Assembly (NCBI GenBank): GCA_964291625.2
Contig: OZ220089.1
Location: 2,912,001-2,976,000, forward strand
Length of the DNA: 64,000 nt
DNA from: Candidatus Latescibacterota bacterium
GTDB lineage: Bacteria > Latescibacterota > UBA2968 > UBA8231
Reading direction: 5' to 3'
The notes beneath the pieces were generated by a model. The model was not told the origin of the DNA. It did no database searches and worked only from the letters and a program-made list of their open reading frames with translations. A program made the position numbers and the translations under genes. How positions within the stretch are numbered: the first letter of the stretch is position 1; each line of letters starts with the position of its first letter. Positions 59,067-64,000 of the stretch are shown piece after piece.

Positions 59067-61739
59067 CTACTCCAGACCGGCGTAGATGGTGACGAAGAAC
59101 TGGTTGGTGGTCCGGGACTCGCGCTCCTCGAAGGCGCGGTGCTCGACCGAGACGCCCAACAGCGAGCGCAGGCGGTAGCCCAGGTAGGTGGAGTCGGTGG
59201 TGAACTGCACGGCCACCGTGAGGGAGTCGAAGTCCTGCTCGTCGTCGTCGAGATCGTTGAGGTACAGGTACTCGACACCTGTCTGGACCTTGGAGGAGCT
59301 CAGGACCCGGGTCTGGGCGATGATCCCCGCCATCTCGGTGAGGCGCGACCGCCGTCCGGCGCCGAAGAGGCCGCGGCTCTGGCGGGTGTACTCGCTCTTC
59401 CACCGCGGCTCCAGGAGGAAGGGTCCGATCCGGTGCCGGTAGCTGACCTTGTCGATGAGGCCGAAGAAGTAGTCCTCGCGGGCGAGGCCGAGCTCCCGGC
59501 GGCGCTCGCCGGACATGCGCTGGTCGTAGAGGAGGTGGTTCACCTTGTTGACCACCAGCCACGGCCCCGACTCCAGGGAGTGGCCGAGGAAGAGCTGGTT
59601 GATCCAGGTGTCCTGCCCGAGCAGGGGGTCCTCGATCAGGACGAGCTCGCCGCCGCGCAGGGAGTTGTCCGGGGCCCACTGCAACAGGGGATCGGGGATG
59701 TCGTCCTGGACCCACTGGGTCATGAGGAAGAGGCGCAGGCGGCCGAAGCGGGGCGAGTCCGAATCGATGGTCGCCAGGGCGTAGTTGCTGTGATTCCTGC
59801 GGTCGCTGGAGATCAGCTCCTCCCGCAGCACGCCCGCCATCAACTTCATCCCCGGGGCGACCTCGGCGCCGCCGTAGATGTTGAACCCCTCGTGGTCCTT
59901 GCGGTACGGGAAGTCGGGAGCCTCGTCGTTCTCGTACTGGTCGACCCAGAAGTTGTGGTTCATGTCGACGCCGAAGAGGAACTCCGGCGGGTCGACGCCG
60001 AAGCGCAGGAAGGCCTCCTCGTAGTCCGGGACGGCATTGGTCCGGACCCTGTTGTCGTTCTGGTTGAAGTCGGGCACGAAGTCGTTGTTCTGGTCCCAGC
60101 CGGGATAGACCTCCGTGTCGCCCCTCAACCAGTCCGAGCGCACCGTGTCGGGGATGCGGTCGTGGTCGTCGTTGTCCTCCACCAGCTCGTACCCGCTCCG
60201 GCGGGTGTCGCCGTAGTAGATCTCTCCGACCCGGGTGCACAGGAGGGAGCGCGTGTTGTAGAACGGGTCCATGCTGTAGGCCTCGCCGAAGAGGAACCAG
60301 GGGGCCTTCCTCCGGGAGACGTTCAGCATCCACGCCGGGGCGCTCTCGGCGCCCTCGATTCCCGAGCTGGAGTGGTGGATCTCCTCGGCCGCGTTGGGGT
60401 ACTTGCGGTAGCTCCAGCTGCGGTCGTACTCGCCGTACACGTCCAGGCCGAAGGGGGCGCGGATCTCCAGGCTGCCGCCGGCCACGTGGGTCGCCGTGGG
60501 CAGGCCGTAGTGGAAGCGCAGGGTGCGCAGGTTGGTGATGTCGCGGACGTTGCCCTCGGCCTGGGCCACCAGGAGCAGCACCGGCTGCCCGTGGAAATCG
60601 GTCTGGCTGTCGGAGGTCATCCAGACCTGGTAGTCGTTGCCCATCTGCAGCCGGAACTCGACCTCGACGATCTCGGCCTTGGTGTGCTTCGCGCGGTCGA
60701 GGAATCCGGGGCTGTCGAAGTTGTAGATCAGCCGGATCTCCTCGGTGCCGTCGGCGGCGATGAAGCCCTGGCGGACGATGCCGCCCTCCACCACCGGCGT
60801 GAAGCCGATCTCCCGGCCGCGCTCCTGCGTGCCGTCCTGGTAGGTGATGAAGATGTCGGACCCGGCGGGGAACCAGGCGGCGCCGCCCTCCCCGTCCGCG
60901 GGGGAGTCGTCGCGCAGGACGATCTCGATGGAGGAGATGGCCTCGTTCTGGGCTACCGTCAGCTCGCCGGCGAAGGGGTTCCAGCTGGTCTTGTCCCGCA
61001 GCGTGTTGGACTGGTGGGCGTTGACGCCGTGGACCCCGAGCTTGAGGTAGTCGCCGACCTGGGCGGCCAGCCGCCCGCCGACGAGGCTGGTGTTGTTGGT
61101 GCTCAGGAACTCCCGGTCGAGGGTGCTGCTGCCGCCGGGGCTGCTGATGCGCGAATAGAGCAGGGTGGCCTCGGCGCGGTCGGTGGCCAGGTCGAACTGC
61201 AGCCCGTCGAAACGGGGCTTGGAGAACACCATGGGCGTCAGCACCGTGCGCAGCTGATTGCTCACGGTGAGGGAGAAGTGGTACTGGCCCTTCTGGTCGT
61301 GGGTGACGACGACGCCCGAGAACCAGTCCCGGAAGCGGTTGGACTTGAGCAGCGAGTTCCCGAACTGTTCCGGCGTGGTCTGCGAGTTGTTGTAGATCAG
61401 CCAGCCCCGGGTGAGGAAGTTGCCGTAGATGTCGTAGAAGTGCTCGCCCTCGAGGGTGGTGTCGATGTAGCGCTGGTAGTGGTCGCGGGCGTAGTTGGTG
61501 TAGTCCCACTGGCGCCAGCGGTAGTCCAGGTAGAGCTCCTGGGGCACGTACCACTTGCGCATGGCCGGGTCGACGGCGTTGAGCATGACCCCCGGCCCCT
61601 GGGGGGCGAGGCTGTACTCCTCCCCCTGGCGCAGGCCCAGCCGCGCGCCGTAGTCCTGCTGCGCCGCGGCGGGCAGCAGGCCCAGGGCGAGCAGCCCCAG
61701 GAGACCGAGAGCAGCTGCCGGATTGCCGTGCAGGTTCAT
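59067..61739 (-). CDS. Asp-rich putative outer-membrane protein (family C copy 1)
   Basis: RBS AAGGAG, ATG 61739; signal peptide, QQDYGARLG, DPAMRKWYVPQELY, ends FFVTIYAGLE. Confidence 0.72.
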   Translation of the reverse strand: MNLHGNPAAALGLLGLLALGLLPAAAQQDYGARLGLRQGEEYSLAPQGPGVMLNAVDPAMRKWYVPQELYLDYRWRQWDYTNYARDHYQRYIDTTLEGEHFYDIYGNFLTRGWLIYNNSQTTPEQFGNSLLKSNRFRDWFSGVVVTHDQKGQYHFSLTVSNQLRTVLTPMVFSKPRFDGLQFDLATDRAEATLLYSRISSPGGSSTLDREFLSTNNTSLVGGRLAAQVGDYLKLGVHGVNAHQSNTLRDKTSWNPFAGELTVAQNEAISSIEIVLRDDSPADGEGGAAWFPAGSDIFITYQDGTQERGREIGFTPVVEGGIVRQGFIAADGTEEIRLIYNFDSPGFLDRAKHTKAEIVEVEFRLQMGNDYQVWMTSDSQTDFHGQPVLLLVAQAEGNVRDITNLRTLRFHYGLPTATHVAGGSLEIRAPFGLDVYGEYDRSWSYRKYPNAAEEIHHSSSGIEGAESAPAWMLNVSRRKAPWFLFGEAYSMDPFYNTRSLLCTRVGEIYYGDTRRSGYELVEDNDDHDRIPDTVRSDWLRGDTEVYPGWDQNNDFVPDFNQNDNRVRTNAVPDYEEAFLRFGVDPPEFLFGVDMNHNFWVDQYENDEAPDFPYRKDHEGFNIYGGAEVAPGMKLMAGVLREELISSDRRNHSNYALATIDSDSPRFGRLRLFLMTQWVQDDIPDPLLQWAPDNSLRGGELVLIEDPLLGQDTWINQLFLGHSLESGPWLVVNKVNHLLYDQRMSGERRRELGLAREDYFFGLIDKVSYRHRIGPFLLEPRWKSEYTRQSRGLFGAGRRSRLTEMAGIIAQTRVLSSSKVQTGVEYLYLNDLDDDEQDFDSLTVAVQFTTDSTYLGYRLRSLLGVSVEHRAFEERESRTTNQFFVTIYAGLE

Positions 61740-61750
61740 CGACTGGCTCC

Positions 61751-63442
61751 TTACCCCTTCGCGTGCCGTTGTTCCAGGCGGTCCTCGAAGACCTGTATGC
61801 GGTCCCCGTATCTCTCTCGCAGGGACTTGAAGAGGGCGGAGACCCGGGTGTCCCGCCCCTTGGCGCGGAGGTGCTGCACCACGGCCGCGCGCGCCTGCTC
61901 GAAGGTCAGGAGGCGGCTGCCCTCCCGCTCCAGGACCCGCAGGATCGCATGGCTGTCGACTTTTTTCAGGTACAGGGGGCCCAGCACCTCGCCCACGGGC
62001 GCCGAGAAGGCAGCTTCCACCAGCTCCGGAAAGCCCTCGGCGAGATGGCGTTGCAGGACCATCTCGCCGCCCTTCCTGTGGATGCCGTGGGAGGCCGCGC
62101 CCGGACGCCGGAGGATCTCGGCGAAGGCAGTTCCCCCCTCGATCTCGCCGCGCCACCGCAGGGCCTCGTCCTCGTCCTCCGTGTGCACTTCCTCGATGCG
62201 GGCCCTGTCGCCGGCGCGGAACAACTCGCGGTTCTCGTCGTAGTAGCCCCGAACCTCCTCCTCCGAGAACACCAGGTGGTCCTCCACGTCGATCTGCATG
62301 AGGTGGTCCACCAGAAGCCCGTCGCGGGTGTGGGCCCGCCATTCCTCGAAGGCCTCGTCCTGGTGCCATCCCCGTTGCCGCGCGGCGAAGGCGAAGAGAC
62401 GGGGGTAGAGGAGCTCCCGCTCGGCGATGGAGAGGATGAGGGCGCTGTCCGACAGGGCCGAGCTCTTGGCCATCTTGCGGACCCGGTCCACGAAGTCGGC
62501 GGCGGTGATGGGGGCCCCGCCGGCCCAGGTGAACAGCGGCTGGCGGGCCTGCTCCGGGGTCAGCTCCGGCTGGCGCGCCCGGGTGCGCTCGATGAGGGCG
62601 CGCACCCCCTCCGGGCGGGGGCTTACGTCCTGGTCCCGCCGGAGCAGCTCGACCTCCTCCTCGGTGCGGCGCCACCACTGCTCCATGAAGAGGAGCTTGC
62701 GGACGTCGTCGGCGTAGAGCTGGATCGGCGCCTCGCGGTCTTCGGCGAAGCGGATGATCTGCCACCCCAGCTGTGAGAGGGGGAGCAGGGCGGGGGTTCG
62801 CACCGGCAGGGAGAGGAACTCGCCCTGCGGCACCCGGAGGCGCTTGAGTCCGGGCACGCCGACCCAGCCGATGGTTCCGGTCGAGTCGGTGCTGGGGTCG
62901 TTGGGGGCGTACTCCCTGGCCAGCTCGTCGTAGCCGGTTCCCGACTCGAGCTGCTCGAAGACGGCGCGGGCCTCGGCCTCGCTCCCCTTGAGGACGATGC
63001 GCTGCAGCAGCCGCTCGCGGTCGAAGCCCATGTCGTGGAAGGCGCGCTCCACCTCCTTGGGGCCGATCTCGACCTTGGGGGCGATCACCTGGCGCTGGTA
63101 GCGCATGGAGAGCCAGGCCCGCTCCGCGTCCTCCATCTGCCGGGCCAGGGCCGAGGTGGTGTCGAGCCCCCGGCCGTGGGCCTCAAGCAGCAGCAGCTCC
63201 TGGTCGATCACGGACTGCAGGTGGTCCCGGTCGGCCTGGACCCCCTCCTGGTCGCTGACCAGGTGGTCCGGCAGCCGGTCGACGAATCTCTCGAGTCCGG
63301 CCTCGGTGATCTCGGCATCGCCGACCCGGGCCAGGACCACCTCGTCGGGACCGCAGCCGGCGAGGACGGCGGCCAGGAAGGATGGCACGATGGTTCGGAG
63401 GGGGATGGGGAAACGGCCGGCGGGGGCCCTGGCAATCGGCAT
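61751..63442 (-). CDS. PpiC/SurA/PrsA-like peptidyl-prolyl isomerase lipoprotein
   Basis: Lipobox VLAG-C; VLARVGDAEIT, LIDQELLL-like motif (VIDQELLL), two rotamase-like domains, TFEQAR..V; start uncertain (63442-63454). Confidence 0.75.
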   Translation of the reverse strand: MPIARAPAGRFPIPLRTIVPSFLAAVLAGCGPDEVVLARVGDAEITEAGLERFVDRLPDHLVSDQEGVQADRDHLQSVIDQELLLLEAHGRGLDTTSALARQMEDAERAWLSMRYQRQVIAPKVEIGPKEVERAFHDMGFDRERLLQRIVLKGSEAEARAVFEQLESGTGYDELAREYAPNDPSTDSTGTIGWVGVPGLKRLRVPQGEFLSLPVRTPALLPLSQLGWQIIRFAEDREAPIQLYADDVRKLLFMEQWWRRTEEEVELLRRDQDVSPRPEGVRALIERTRARQPELTPEQARQPLFTWAGGAPITAADFVDRVRKMAKSSALSDSALILSIAERELLYPRLFAFAARQRGWHQDEAFEEWRAHTRDGLLVDHLMQIDVEDHLVFSEEEVRGYYDENRELFRAGDRARIEEVHTEDEDEALRWRGEIEGGTAFAEILRRPGAASHGIHRKGGEMVLQRHLAEGFPELVEAAFSAPVGEVLGPLYLKKVDSHAILRVLEREGSRLLTFEQARAAVVQHLRAKGRDTRVSALFKSLRERYGDRIQVFEDRLEQRHAKG

Positions 63443-63603
63443 GGCCATCTGCATCGGGAGCACGTTCGGCCCGGTCGCCGCGGGTCGGGGGAGTGTGCGG
63501 CGGCAGGGTCTCTCCGTCTCGGCGGGCGAGGTCTGCGCCGCCGGCCGGGTCAGCCGGGGGACGAGGGCTCCGGGGCCCCAATATATATGGAGACGGCGGC
63601 TGT

Positions 63604-64000
63604 TCATACCCGGCCACCCCCGCTCTCGATCCCCAGGATGCGCCCGGCGGTCCCGCCCATGATGGCGTCCTTGTCTTCGGTGGTGAGGAACTCGCAGTAG
63701 TGCTCGATCCACCGGCGCGACTGCCGGTAGGTGCAGAACCGGTTCTGGAAGGGCATGTCGGTCCCCCACAGCAGGCGGTCGGACCCGATCCGGGCGACCA
63801 TCTCCTCCAGGGTCGGCCAGACCTCCCGGTAGGGGAAGTCGAAGAGGTCCCCCAGGCGCACCGGGAAGCAGACCTCCAGGTGGCAGTTCGGGCTTGCGAA
63901 GGGCTCCCAGACCTCCTCCGGCAGAACGATGCGGCCGCCCTCGAGGAAGAGCCGCCACGGGAAGCCGTGGGTGAGGGAACAGACGGTGTCGGGGTAGCGC
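63604..64000 (-). CDS. Amidohydrolase_2 family protein, 5' truncated by window
   Basis: RYPD...LTHG, HLEV, DRLLWGTDMP, IMGGTA.RIL; frame open to the window edge. Confidence 0.85.
   Translation of the reverse strand, partial: RYPDTVCSLTHGFPWRLFLEGGRIVLPEEVWEPFASPNCHLEVCFPVRLGDLFDFPYREVWPTLEEMVARIGSDRLLWGTDMPFQNRFCTYRQSRRWIEHYCEFLTTEDKDAIMGGTAGRILGIESGGGRV

Noticed and set aside
18908-61554. Apparent giant ORFs or fusions (18908-22339, 20971-23895, 25955-29029, 29099-32203, 57076-61554)
   Set aside because: The N-terminal parts are shadow frames of neighbouring genes; true starts with RBS or stop-start overlaps were found downstream.
63579-63590. AT-rich CAATATATATGG upstream of the PpiC gene as the operon promoter
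   Set aside because: A plausible -10 element but no matching -35 or -24 element could be identified.

Overview
High-GC bacterial chromosome segment, densely coded (about 45 real CDS; most long antisense ORFs in the track are GC-bias shadows). I saw no rRNA, tRNA, CRISPR array, integrase or transposase. Gene content resembles FCB-group candidate phyla such as Latescibacterota (inference, from recalled motifs only). Three zones: (1) 1-16.6 kb is housekeeping and stress: ptsI, metK, a lipoprotein plus outer-membrane barrel pair, ppk2, clpB with a likely sigma54 promoter, degP-like protease, a degenerate GH78-like protein, an esterase, hemH, a P-loop kinase and a TrmH methylase. (2) 16.6-43.9 kb is a paralog-rich catabolic island: 3 copies of an uncharacterised ~650-aa (alpha/alpha)6-like family, 3-4 GHL10/DUF187-like TIM barrels, 3 Gfo/Idh/MocA oxidoreductases, 2 DUF6785-like polytopic membrane proteins and several hydrolases. 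It also holds two small promoter-bearing cassettes, each flanked by a duplicated 3' end of the neighbouring gene. (3) 43.9-63.5 kb is a minus-strand envelope cluster: a PpiC chaperone, 2 paralogous Asp-rich putative OM barrel proteins, 3 paralogous secreted discoidin + FlgD-Ig proteins all ending in [LI]AY*, 2 GT-C/TPR proteins, and a CBM9-like protein with a SWGRIK C-terminal tag followed by tandem terminators. Zone 3, possibly working with zone 2, is the best candidate for an undescribed secretion, surface-display or uptake system. All product calls come from motifs read by eye; no database searches were run.
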